64,000 bases of DNA from an uncultured Planctomycetales bacterium (GTDB taxonomy: Bacteria; Omnitrophota; Gorgyraeia; Gygaellales; Profunditerraquicolaceae): assembly GCA_964603585.1 (NCBI GenBank), contig CAZRVK010000002.1, positions 28,282-92,281 on the forward strand. Reading direction: 5' to 3'. Positions 38,824 through 47,076 of this stretch are shown piece by piece. Under the pieces are notes generated by a model, which was not told the DNA's origin, did not search any database, and was given only the letters and a program-made list of their open reading frames with translations. The position numbers and the translations under genes are program-made. Positions within the stretch are counted from its first letter, which is position 1. Each line of letters begins with the position of its first letter.

Positions 38824-39000
38824 TCAACGCATCATCGCGGCAATCTTTTTCTCAATGATTTTCTTATGCTTGTATTCTTCGTTCAACAGATCAAGCAGCA
38901 GGTCTCTAATTACGGCGTGCTGATTAGCTAATCGAGAATACAACCTTATCGAGGCATTTTCTTTTTTTAAAGCCAGCTCCAAGGCATCGGCAGGAGTCAT
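38824..39000 (-). CDS. Unannotated 58-aa ORF (MTPADALELALKKENASIRLYSRLANQHAVIRDLLLDLLNEEYKHKKIIEKKIAAMMR). Possible half ferritin/rubrerythrin-like helical protein.
   Basis: Strong SD (GGAGGG, 5-nt spacer). Its stop is 3 nt before the ATG of the CrtI-like gene, indicating translational coupling. E...Y...L and EEYKH motifs are reminiscent of a single ExxH ferritin-like half-site. Confidence 0.5.
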   Translation of the reverse strand: MTPADALELALKKENASIRLYSRLANQHAVIRDLLLDLLNEEYKHKKIIEKKIAAMMR

Positions 39001-39022
39001 CTGTTCCCTCCAATTCTTACGG

Positions 39023-40366
39023 CTATATCTTAGGCAAGTCTTTTAAGGATCGTTTGATATCTTCCAAGGGGTGGGCGTAATTCTTAAGTTCACCGTTCAT
39101 ATATTTATCATAAGAGGCCAAATCCAAAAACCCATGGCCACTAAGATTAAAAACTATACAACTTTCCTTTTTAACTTTTTTAGCAATATCAATAGCGGCC
39201 TTGATGGCATGCGAGGTTTCCGGGGCAGGGATAATCCCCTCTGTCCTGGCAAAAAGAAGTGCGGCTTTAAACACTTCCAGCTGATTATATGCTACAGCGC
39301 TGATAATCCCTTTTTCCTGCAAAGCACTGACAATAGGAGAACATCCATGGTAACGCAACCCTCCGGCATGTATCCCTGCCGGGATAAAATTATGCCCGAG
39401 AGTGAACATCTTGATCAAGGGAGTCAATGATACCGTATCACCATAATCATATCTATACATGCCTCTTGTTAAACTGGGGCAGGCAGATGGTTCCACCGCC
39501 AGGATCTTTAAGCCTGTATTGCCCAGGACATCTTTTACAAAAGGGAACACAAACCCGGCGAAATTACTGCCTCCGCCTACACAACCAATTAAATAATCCG
39601 GTTTTTCTTTAGCTAACCTTAGTTGTTTTTGTACCTCCAGCCCAATCACCGTCTGATGCAGCATTACATGGTTTAAAACACTGCCCAAAGCATAGTTGGT
39701 ATATTTATTCTTGGCGGCATCCTCCACCGCCTCGGAAATAGCGATCCCTAAACTCCCCATACAATTCGGATCGCGCTTTAAGATCAGTCTACCGCTTTCT
39801 GTAAGTTCCGAGGGAGAAGCGACAACTTCAGAACCCCAAGCACGCATCAAAGACTTACGGAAAGGCTTTTGCTGAAAACTCACCTTAACCATATAAACCC
39901 GGCAATCGAGCCCGAATACGTTACAAGCAAAACTTAATGCCGCACCCCATTGACCAGCCCCGGTTTCCGTAGATATCCGTTTTATCCCGGCCTTCTTATT
40001 ATAATAAGCCTGGGGGATTGCCGTATTGGTCTTATGGCTGCCTGTCGGAGAAGAACTTTCATCCTTATAATATATCCTTGCCTTGGTCTTTAATGCCTTT
40101 TCCAGGTTCCTTGCCCGCCTTAAAGGCGTTGGCCGCCAAAGCCTGTAAATATCAACCACTTCTTGCGGCACATCGATCCATTTTTCCTGGGACATTTCCT
40201 GTTTAATTAAACTTAAAGGGAATATCGGCCGCAGGTCATCGGCAGTTACAGGCTTAAAAGTCTTTGGGTTGACTGGAGGAGGCAATTGAAAAGGCAGATC
40301 TCCGGGAAGATTATACCAACGGCGTGGAATATCCTTCTCACTAAGAATAAACTTATAATTTTCCAT
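39023..40366 (-). CDS. trpB: Tryptophan synthase beta chain, TrpB2 type (PLP-dependent). Stand-alone.
   Basis: [43 protein letters not shown] (the TrpB PLP lysine region, with the TrpB2-type insertion pattern). GSNFAG. No trpA adjacent. Confidence 0.8.
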   Translation of the reverse strand: MENYKFILSEKDIPRRWYNLPGDLPFQLPPPVNPKTFKPVTADDLRPIFPLSLIKQEMSQEKWIDVPQEVVDIYRLWRPTPLRRARNLEKALKTKARIYYKDESSSPTGSHKTNTAIPQAYYNKKAGIKRISTETGAGQWGAALSFACNVFGLDCRVYMVKVSFQQKPFRKSLMRAWGSEVVASPSELTESGRLILKRDPNCMGSLGIAISEAVEDAAKNKYTNYALGSVLNHVMLHQTVIGLEVQKQLRLAKEKPDYLIGCVGGGSNFAGFVFPFVKDVLGNTGLKILAVEPSACPSLTRGMYRYDYGDTVSLTPLIKMFTLGHNFIPAGIHAGGLRYHGCSPIVSALQEKGIISAVAYNQLEVFKAALLFARTEGIIPAPETSHAIKAAIDIAKKVKKESCIVFNLSGHGFLDLASYDKYMNGELKNYAHPLEDIKRSLKDLPKI

Positions 40367-40483
40367 AAGTTAATTATAGTAAAAAAACAAGAAAATGCAA
40401 CTGGTTAATGTTTTTAACAAAGTATAGCTTCCAGTATATGGTTTTGTCCGGAATTATACTATAACCGCCGCGATATAAAATAA

Positions 40484-40564
40484 TTAACCTAAATTAGGCC
40501 TTCTGCCTTTATTAGCTTTTTTGGAACGCCAATTAAGCTTTCCCCTACGTTTACGTTTTCCCAT
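40484..40564 (-). CDS. 26-aa highly basic micro-ORF (MGKRKRRGKLNWRSKKANKGRRPNLG). Candidate 30S ribosomal protein bTHX.
   Basis: Strong SD (GAGGGAG, about 4 nt from the ATG). Size and RRGK[IL]xWR pattern resemble Thermus Thx ([25 protein letters not shown]). Not in the ORF track. Confidence 0.4.
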   Translation of the reverse strand: MGKRKRRGKLNWRSKKANKGRRPNLG

Positions 40565-40599
40565 GATCTCCCTCGCGAATCTCCCTGATCTAACAGGGG

Positions 40600-41259
40600 T
40601 TAGTCATATTTATAATAATACTGCGGGATATTATATGTAATATACCGCATGGCCTCAAAAATGCAAAGCCGGATTGCTTTTTCCATTGGGGTATGCATAT
40701 AAACTGCCAGGTCTTTGTTCAAGTTCACGTCATCGGAAAAATCATAGGCTATTGCCGATTGAGAATCATTTGCCTGCCCTTTCAAGCGCGTAGCTGCCAG
40801 AAGATCTCCAAATGATGTTGCTTTTACTATACGTATATCCAGGCTTAAATGGGCTTTATTTAAAGATGTCCCCAACAGTCCCCCTAACAATCCGCTGGAT
40901 GAACTCCCCCCTCCTCCTACACCTGACCTGCCACCTGATACCTGGGTCTCAAATTCAGACAACGTAATACTAATAAGTATATCTGCCTTTTGCCCGGAAG
41001 CCCGGGAAACAATTAAAAACCGGTTGCTCTCTAAAAGCTCCGTAATTAACATTTCACGCAAACCCCGGGCTATTTCATTTGTCGCCTTTGCTGATTTGAC
41101 CTCAAAATCAATTACTTCAATACTGGCCTTTGCGCCACTATAAGCAGGCGTATGCTTGAGTGCCGAACCGCTTGACCTTGACGGTTTCCAGAAAGCGACA
41201 CAACCACTTAGCATAAAAGCGGAATATATTAAAATGAACACGTATGCTATTTTCTTCAT
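40600..41259 (-). CDS. CsgG-like lipoprotein (curli production/secretion component family).
   Basis: Lipoprotein signal with lipobox (FMLSGCV). LITELLESNRFLIVSRA and DIRIVKATSFGDLLAA resemble CsgG-family conserved segments. Gly/Ser-rich loop. Confidence 0.45.
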   Translation of the reverse strand: MKKIAYVFILIYSAFMLSGCVAFWKPSRSSGSALKHTPAYSGAKASIEVIDFEVKSAKATNEIARGLREMLITELLESNRFLIVSRASGQKADILISITLSEFETQVSGGRSGVGGGGSSSSGLLGGLLGTSLNKAHLSLDIRIVKATSFGDLLAATRLKGQANDSQSAIAYDFSDDVNLNKDLAVYMHTPMEKAIRLCIFEAMRYITYNIPQYYYKYD

Positions 41260-41503
41260 TTTTAATAAAGACCTATAGATTACCTACAAGGCAGGTTAAT
41301 TCTACAATATAAAGAATGCGCGGTCAAGGTAAAAGGCAAAATACTTAACCACCATGCATACCAGCTACCACAAACCACGATGATTATTTCCCCCAAGGTA
41401 TTACAAGGCATACACTTGCAATTGAGTATTACCCAACGGATAAAAACATCCTTATTTTGTAAGCATATAAACTGTAATCGCTTGCGTAAAGCATCCGTTT
41501 GAT

Positions 41504-42157
41504 CTACTTATCCTTTGGAAAAAGTCTTATAAGATGGCTAATTTTCTTAATCATACGGTACGGCCGTTGCGACTTGATCTCAACAATACTGCTTGAACCT
41601 CCCAGAACAACCACTGACTTTACCCGTGCATTTTGAGCAGTTTGAGCATCGATAGTCATATCACCTACAAAAACTGTCTGGCGGGGTAAAACACCGAGCC
41701 TATGCATGATACGATGAAGGACTTCCGGATCAGGCTTCATATTCTTTAATTTATCTCCACAAAGCATGAAATCAAAATATTTCCGTATTTTAAGGTGCCG
41801 AACGATAATCCCAGAAAAACGCGTCGGTCGATTGGTAGCTACTGCCAGTTTATACCCTTGCCGGTATAACCTATCCAACACCTTATGTGCTCCTGGCAAT
41901 AGATGCGCCCATTTAACCAAAGAATGACGATGATGCCTGCGGTATACAATCAAGGCCTTGGATAAATCCTTGCTTTGCACAAAAGGCTTTAGTAAATTTC
42001 TGTCCCCGAAACCAACTGCCCTGCGGATCTTGAAAGCAGATTGATCCGGCAGGCCGAATTGCTGCATGGTATAATTAAAACTCTTAATGATCGCCGGATA
42101 GGCATCTACCAGGGTGCCGTCCAGGTCAAAAACCACCAGTTTAATGCCTTTTAGCAT
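41504..42157 (-). CDS. HAD-superfamily hydrolase (phosphoglycolate phosphatase-like, subfamily IA).
   Basis: Motif I VVFDLDGTLVD. Motif II VATNRP. Motif III/IV K...VFVGDMTID. Confidence 0.8.
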   Translation of the reverse strand: MLKGIKLVVFDLDGTLVDAYPAIIKSFNYTMQQFGLPDQSAFKIRRAVGFGDRNLLKPFVQSKDLSKALIVYRRHHRHSLVKWAHLLPGAHKVLDRLYRQGYKLAVATNRPTRFSGIIVRHLKIRKYFDFMLCGDKLKNMKPDPEVLHRIMHRLGVLPRQTVFVGDMTIDAQTAQNARVKSVVVLGGSSSIVEIKSQRPYRMIKKISHLIRLFPKDK

Positions 42158-42221
42158 AGAAAATATTTGAGGCAGGAAAATATTCCTGCCTCAAATTAGT
42201 TTACAAATCTTATTTGCCTTG

Positions 42222-42761
42222 TTAGTTAATCTTTCCTTCCATACCTGCCGGCTGGTTTTCTCCCGGAGGCAGCATCCCGGGGTTTAAAACATCCGCGGGG
42301 GGCGCGGGATCCATAACACCGCCTTCGGTTTTAGGATCTATGGCAGGGACGCCGGGAAGATCCAAAGACTCTTCCGGTTTTTCCATAATTATGTTCTTGG
42401 CGATATTAGACCCGTCCGTGCCGGAAGAATAATCGATGCTCAAGGTGTCTTTTGGTTTAAGCTCGGCGATCGAAGCAAAATTCTCGTAAGTAGTCGCATC
42501 ATTAACTCCGATAATGATCTCTTTCTCCACATCATTCTCATAATCCAGATATTTAACTCCGATCTTCTTGCCGGGGGTATCTACCATGCTAACTTCCCCC
42601 CAAACCCATTGAGAATCCGGAGTAGAAAAAACCGGTTGTGTCTCGGAAGCCGGGGGAACGGCATCTGTAGATACTTGGCTAAAAGCTGTGCTTGTGCTTA
42701 AAAGAAGCAGAAAAGAAATAAAAACCACTCCTAACCTCTTGCCCAGTTTCATTTTTTGCAC
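42222..42761 (-). CDS. Secreted hypothetical protein (signal peptide).
   Basis: N-terminal signal MKLGKRLGVVFISFLLLLSTSTAFSQ. Pro-rich termini. No domain recognised. Confidence 0.5.
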   Translation of the reverse strand: MQKMKLGKRLGVVFISFLLLLSTSTAFSQVSTDAVPPASETQPVFSTPDSQWVWGEVSMVDTPGKKIGVKYLDYENDVEKEIIIGVNDATTYENFASIAELKPKDTLSIDYSSGTDGSNIAKNIIMEKPEESLDLPGVPAIDPKTEGGVMDPAPPADVLNPGMLPPGENQPAGMEGKIN

Positions 42762-42839
42762 CTCCTTAAAAGTAAATCTGAATTTTTATTTTATACCACA
42801 AAATCATAAATTTGTCAATATCTCCTACACTCTCGAGAT

Positions 42840-44231
42840 CTAATGATAACCAGGGACAAAAACCAAAACTATCCAGGCAATGCAAGTAGTAAAAACCCCT
42901 ACCACTAAACCTAACCAAAACCATTGAAAGAATGTAACATGCATCTTTTTTTCTTTTTCTAAGATCCCCAAGGCAATAATATTGGCAGTTGAACCTACCA
43001 CAGTAATATTGCCTCCCAGGCAACCCCCAAAAAGCAATGCCCACCATAACGGTGCTAAATTCATATCCAAGGCCTCGAATCCCTGAACTATGGGGATAAA
43101 TGCGGCAACTAAAACCACGTTATCCAGAATACTTGAACCTATGGCGCTCATCCAGAGAATCGCGCCGGTTAAAAAATGGGGATTGTTCCCGGTGACGCCA
43201 ATTATCTTCTGCGCCAGGATATCTGTCGCGCCGGTATATTTAAGTGTCCCTGCCTGCGCAAAAAGTAGTAAAAAAAACAGCAACGACCACCATTCAACGT
43301 CTTTTTCGATGTAATCGCGCGCTTTATTTCGCTTCCACATCATAATTAAGCCGCTGGAAACAAGAGGTATCACCAAAAGCACCGTATTGACCGGCAGTCC
43401 CCAGAGGACTTCCAATCTGTGGCTGATGGAGATCACAAAAAGCGTTACGGCAAAAATCCCCAGGCTGATTTTAAGGCGAGAATCAGCAGGCACAGAGATA
43501 AGCTTGATCAATATCTCGTTATTGCCAAATTCACGCATATGCATATCCAGTTTCTTTAAATGGCTCTTATACCAGAAAATAACAATAAAAATAACAAAGA
43601 TCAAACAAACAAAAGCCAGAGGAAAAGCCTTAAACAAGAAATCCTCAAAAGTAAGCCCGGCCTTAGAAGCAATTAAGATCCCAATGGGGTTGCCTAAAAC
43701 AGTTGCGGCGCTGCCAATGTTAGTAGCCAATACGGCGATTATAAGATACGGCACAGGATTAACTTCAAAATAATCGCAAATTTCCAGGATAGCGGCAATA
43801 ATAAAAATAATGGAAGTCACTTCGTCGACCACGCAGGCAAGCAGCGCTGAACCTACGGCAACAATTACTACGAATTTCTTTGCGGTCAAATTCTTTGCCT
43901 GCAGTATCAACTGCACGATCCAGGCAAAAAATCCCTCGTTTTTCAAGAGCCCGATAATAACCATCATCCCAATGAGGAATAATATCACCTCCAGCGATGA
44001 GAACCTTATTAAGTGCTCTAAATCGATTGTCTTGGTCATCATAAGGACTGCCGTACCAAGAAAGGCAAAACTAAGGCGAAAGCTCCAGAAAAACAATGTC
44101 CCTAACATAGAAACGCAGAATATCGAGATAGATAACGCCTGGTGAGAATTCATTCCGAGGCCAACAGAGAAAATCCCCAAAAAGACTGATATGGAAATAA
44201 GCAGGAGGAATTTAAAAGCAAATGGCTTCAT
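42840..44231 (-). CDS. ArsB/NhaD-superfamily permease (anion/Na+ transporter-like).
   Basis: 12 or more TM helices. Repeated halves with a conserved G..N.GSAAT..GNP motif, typical of the ArsB/NhaD/CitT ion transporter superfamily. Confidence 0.6.
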   Translation of the reverse strand: MKPFAFKFLLLISISVFLGIFSVGLGMNSHQALSISIFCVSMLGTLFFWSFRLSFAFLGTAVLMMTKTIDLEHLIRFSSLEVILFLIGMMVIIGLLKNEGFFAWIVQLILQAKNLTAKKFVVIVAVGSALLACVVDEVTSIIFIIAAILEICDYFEVNPVPYLIIAVLATNIGSAATVLGNPIGILIASKAGLTFEDFLFKAFPLAFVCLIFVIFIVIFWYKSHLKKLDMHMREFGNNEILIKLISVPADSRLKISLGIFAVTLFVISISHRLEVLWGLPVNTVLLVIPLVSSGLIMMWKRNKARDYIEKDVEWWSLLFFLLLFAQAGTLKYTGATDILAQKIIGVTGNNPHFLTGAILWMSAIGSSILDNVVLVAAFIPIVQGFEALDMNLAPLWWALLFGGCLGGNITVVGSTANIIALGILEKEKKMHVTFFQWFWLGLVVGVFTTCIAWIVLVFVPGYH

Positions 44232-44252
44232 AATTTTAATTTAATAATATAT

Positions 44253-44690
44253 TTATAAGAACAGGAATTTCATTATGTCAACGCGGGCGATTATCCCTAC
44301 AACCTCATTATTATTGTTCAGCACCGGGATCCTCCGCGTTTTCTCTTTGATCATTATGCGCGCTATCTCAAAAATAGAAGTATCCTCACGGACCGAGATC
44401 ACCTCTGTGCGCATTATGTCTTTAACGGTCAAAAGCAACAGGGCGTTAATTCTTTCTTTTATGGTTTTCTTTGCGACATCGTAGGCAACCATGCCTATAT
44501 TATTAAGATAAGAAGGCAGGATATTGGTGAGGATCTCTTTCTCGGTGAACATCCCGACTAAATGGTTCTTCTCGTCTATCACCGGTAAACCGCTGATTTG
44601 CAGCCTTTCCAAAAGGTCCAACGCTTCCTTTGCAGACATCCCAGGAGAAATACTTTTAACCTGCTTATTCATAACCTCTTTGACCTGCAT
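44253..44690 (-). CDS. CBS-domain pair protein.
   Basis: Two CBS repeats (MSAKEALDLLERLQISGLPVID... and RTEVISVREDTSIFEIARIMIKEKTRRIPVLN). Confidence 0.75.
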   Translation of the reverse strand: MQVKEVMNKQVKSISPGMSAKEALDLLERLQISGLPVIDEKNHLVGMFTEKEILTNILPSYLNNIGMVAYDVAKKTIKERINALLLLTVKDIMRTEVISVREDTSIFEIARIMIKEKTRRIPVLNNNNEVVGIIARVDIMKFLFL

Positions 44691-44739
44691 ACCAACCTCC
44701 TGTTTGAACGGACAAAACCTCGAAACCGCCAGGATAAAG

Positions 44740-45312
44740 TCAGATCACGCTTTGGATGCGGGGATTTAACCTTAAATAGAGCGCCGCAGCTAATCCGGCC
44801 TTGATCAAATCGCCCGGAATAAACGGCAATACCCCTATCATAAGATAATTATTTATGTCGCCTCCCAGAATAAGCTTAAGCCAGATAGCGCCGGAGAAAA
44901 GCAAAATACCATCTGCAAGGCAAAACAGGCTAAACAGGCTAATAAAACTATACTTTACAGACCTGATGTAATACCCTAAGAACAAAACCGATAAAATAAA
45001 CCCAAATAAATACCCGGCTGTCGGGCCGGCCAGATATGATAAACCGCTGGAGGCTCCGCTAAATATCGGCAAACCCAAAACCCCTAAGGATATATAAGTA
45101 ATCTGGGTAATGCTCCCTAACCCCCTTCCTAAAAAAGCCCCCGACAATAAAACAAAAAAAGTCTGCAAAGTCAATGGCACAGGGGTAAAAGGTAGAGGGA
45201 TACGCACAAAAGCGCCTAAACTGATCAATGAAACAAATGATAAAACTGCAAATATCCGGCATAATGTCCTATTTACTAAGATTTCCCTGCGCAAGACTGT
45301 TTCCATAACCAA
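44740..45312 (-). CDS. bioY: Biotin transporter BioY (ECF S-component).
   Basis: PVPLTLQTFFVLLSGAFLG and overall 5-6 TM architecture match BioY. Confidence 0.7.
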   Translation of the reverse strand: MVMETVLRREILVNRTLCRIFAVLSFVSLISLGAFVRIPLPFTPVPLTLQTFFVLLSGAFLGRGLGSITQITYISLGVLGLPIFSGASSGLSYLAGPTAGYLFGFILSVLFLGYYIRSVKYSFISLFSLFCLADGILLFSGAIWLKLILGGDINNYLMIGVLPFIPGDLIKAGLAAALYLRLNPRIQSVI

Positions 45313-45410
45313 TTACCTCCTAATGATTATTAATATTGACCCCACCTACCATTATACTGAAAAAAACGAAATCGCAAAGCAATTAAACCTATTTTTAAAC
45401 CGACCCTGTT

Positions 45411-45623
45411 TTATTCCTTGGCCATCACCAGAATAACAACACCGACTAATAAAAAGAATATTCCCAGGCTTCCCTGAATCAGTATCTTAAAACTGTCAAA
45501 CCAATTCAGCAAAACCCATACACCTAATGTCAAAAACGCCAGGCCTAAAACAACTTTAACCATGACTGAAGGTAATCCTGATCCTGGTTGCGCCTCTTCT
45601 TCTTTTTTCATCTCTTCAGTCAT
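45411..45623 (-). CDS. Small two-TM membrane protein (70 aa).
   Basis: Two hydrophobic helices. Its stop abuts or overlaps the start of the LpxL-like gene, indicating coupling. Confidence 0.4.
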   Translation of the reverse strand: MTEEMKKEEEAQPGSGLPSVMVKVVLGLAFLTLGVWVLLNWFDSFKILIQGSLGIFFLLVGVVILVMAKE

Positions 45624-46573
45624 TATCTGCCTCCTTTATCACTTGGCTTACTTTTCCACCGGCGATGGATCCAACCCCATTCCGCGGGATATTTGCGTAT
45701 ATAGAATTCAATGATATCTGTGAGTTTTTGTATATTCAGAGTGATCGTTTCACTGGGGCTGGATCCTTCTTTAAGCACAATTGGCGGCTCAAAAAATATC
45801 GTATGTGTATCATCGGATTGTCTAACGATGAAACAAGGCACGATCGCCGCCTTGGTCCGCTGGGCAAAAACTACCGGACCTGTGGCTGTAGCCGCCTTTT
45901 GCCCGAAGAAATCCACAAACACCCCTGCGGTCCCGAAATTCTGATCTATGGGAATAAAAACCAGGCCGTTATTGCGTAAAAACCGTATGGTCATATCCAC
46001 ACAGGTATTTCTGGGTTGGCTGTAAATGGTTTGGACATGATACTTCCGCCGTTTATCTTCAAAGATCTTTTCGACCCGGCTATCCCGCATCGGGCGCATG
46101 ATCCCGGATGCTTTATACCCTTCTAAACTCAATCTCGCCAAAAGCAAAGGGAAATTGCCGAAATGCGCGCTCACCAAGATCACTCCATTACCGCCTGATA
46201 ATGCCGCATCTAAGTTATTCTTACCAGAAAAACCGATGCGTTGTTTTAAAAGCTGCGGTTTATCCATCATGAACATAAGCTCAACCGCAGACTTCGCCAT
46301 ATAAATAAAGCTTTTTTTTGCGATATTTTCGATCTCCTGCCGGGATTTCGCCTGGCCAAAAGCGATCTGTAAACTTTCTAAAGCGATATTTCTTTGTTTA
46401 GCCACAAAACGGTATCCCAAAGCCGCTAAATTATCGGCAAACCCGTAAAGCATGCGCCCAGGGATGAATTTAACGATAAAAGAACAAACCACCAGGGCGA
46501 TCCATGCAAAAAACCTGCCAATACTCTTATTTATTTTCTTGAAATCCATGGTTTTGATAGTATAGCAAAGCAA
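45623..46573 (-). CDS. Lipid A biosynthesis lauroyl/myristoyl acyltransferase (LpxL/LpxM/HtrB family).
   Basis: N-terminal TM helix. GNGVILVSAHFGNFPLL (HX4D-type acyltransferase region of the LpxL family). C-terminal WGWIHRRWK. Confidence 0.7.
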   Translation of the reverse strand: MLCYTIKTMDFKKINKSIGRFFAWIALVVCSFIVKFIPGRMLYGFADNLAALGYRFVAKQRNIALESLQIAFGQAKSRQEIENIAKKSFIYMAKSAVELMFMMDKPQLLKQRIGFSGKNNLDAALSGGNGVILVSAHFGNFPLLLARLSLEGYKASGIMRPMRDSRVEKIFEDKRRKYHVQTIYSQPRNTCVDMTIRFLRNNGLVFIPIDQNFGTAGVFVDFFGQKAATATGPVVFAQRTKAAIVPCFIVRQSDDTHTIFFEPPIVLKEGSSPSETITLNIQKLTDIIEFYIRKYPAEWGWIHRRWKSKPSDKGGR

Positions 46574-46587
46574 CGAAAGTTTTCAAG

Positions 46588-47073
46588 CTAAAGTTTATAT
46601 CCAGTCTTTCGTAAGAATCCGTGACGCCACTCTTTATCTTCATTGTTTTCAATACCTTTTGGCTTTAATCCATCAATTACCCCCATAATCCCACAGCCGG
46701 AATCAGTCTCGGCAATAATCACCTCTACAGGATTAGCAGTAGCACAATACACCCCGCATACTTCCGGAACACCTTTTATGGCATTAAGTAAATTGATCGG
46801 GTAAGCATTCTTAAGAAGTACCAGAAAACTATGCCCGGCACCCAAAGCAAGTAAATTTTCTTCTGCTAATTTCTTAAGATCACTGTCAGTGCCTTCTGAA
46901 CGTATCTTACATGACCCGGACGATTCAGCAAAGGCAAATCCGAATTTTATACCTGGGACATTATTGACCATAACCTCATAAAGGTCCTCCACGGTCTTAA
47001 TAAAATGGCTCTGGCCAAGGATAAGGTTAACATCATCCGGCTTATTTATCTTTACAGATTTGAATTTTAACAT
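46588..47073 (-). CDS. PF04008-type (adenosine-specific kinase-like) small protein.
   Basis: VNLILGQSHFIKTVEDLYE...VPGIKFGFAF...GAGHSFLVLLKNAYPINLLNAIK...GVIDG, which I recall as the conserved pattern of this roughly 160-aa family. Confidence 0.45.
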   Translation of the reverse strand: MLKFKSVKINKPDDVNLILGQSHFIKTVEDLYEVMVNNVPGIKFGFAFAESSGSCKIRSEGTDSDLKKLAEENLLALGAGHSFLVLLKNAYPINLLNAIKGVPEVCGVYCATANPVEVIIAETDSGCGIMGVIDGLKPKGIENNEDKEWRHGFLRKTGYKL

Positions 47074-47076
47074 TGC

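Noticed and set aside
41260-41503. 244-bp intergenic region between the HAD hydrolase and CsgG-like genes, considered for a small RNA or riboswitch.
   Set aside because: No recognisable conserved riboswitch core and no stable extended hairpins were seen. It is AT-rich and more likely a promoter or UTR region.
42766-43047. 93-aa ORF overlapping the 3' end of the ArsB/NhaD-like permease gene in another frame.
   Set aside because: It overlaps a convincing 12-TM transporter ORF on the same strand. It has no RBS or domain. It is likely a frame artefact.
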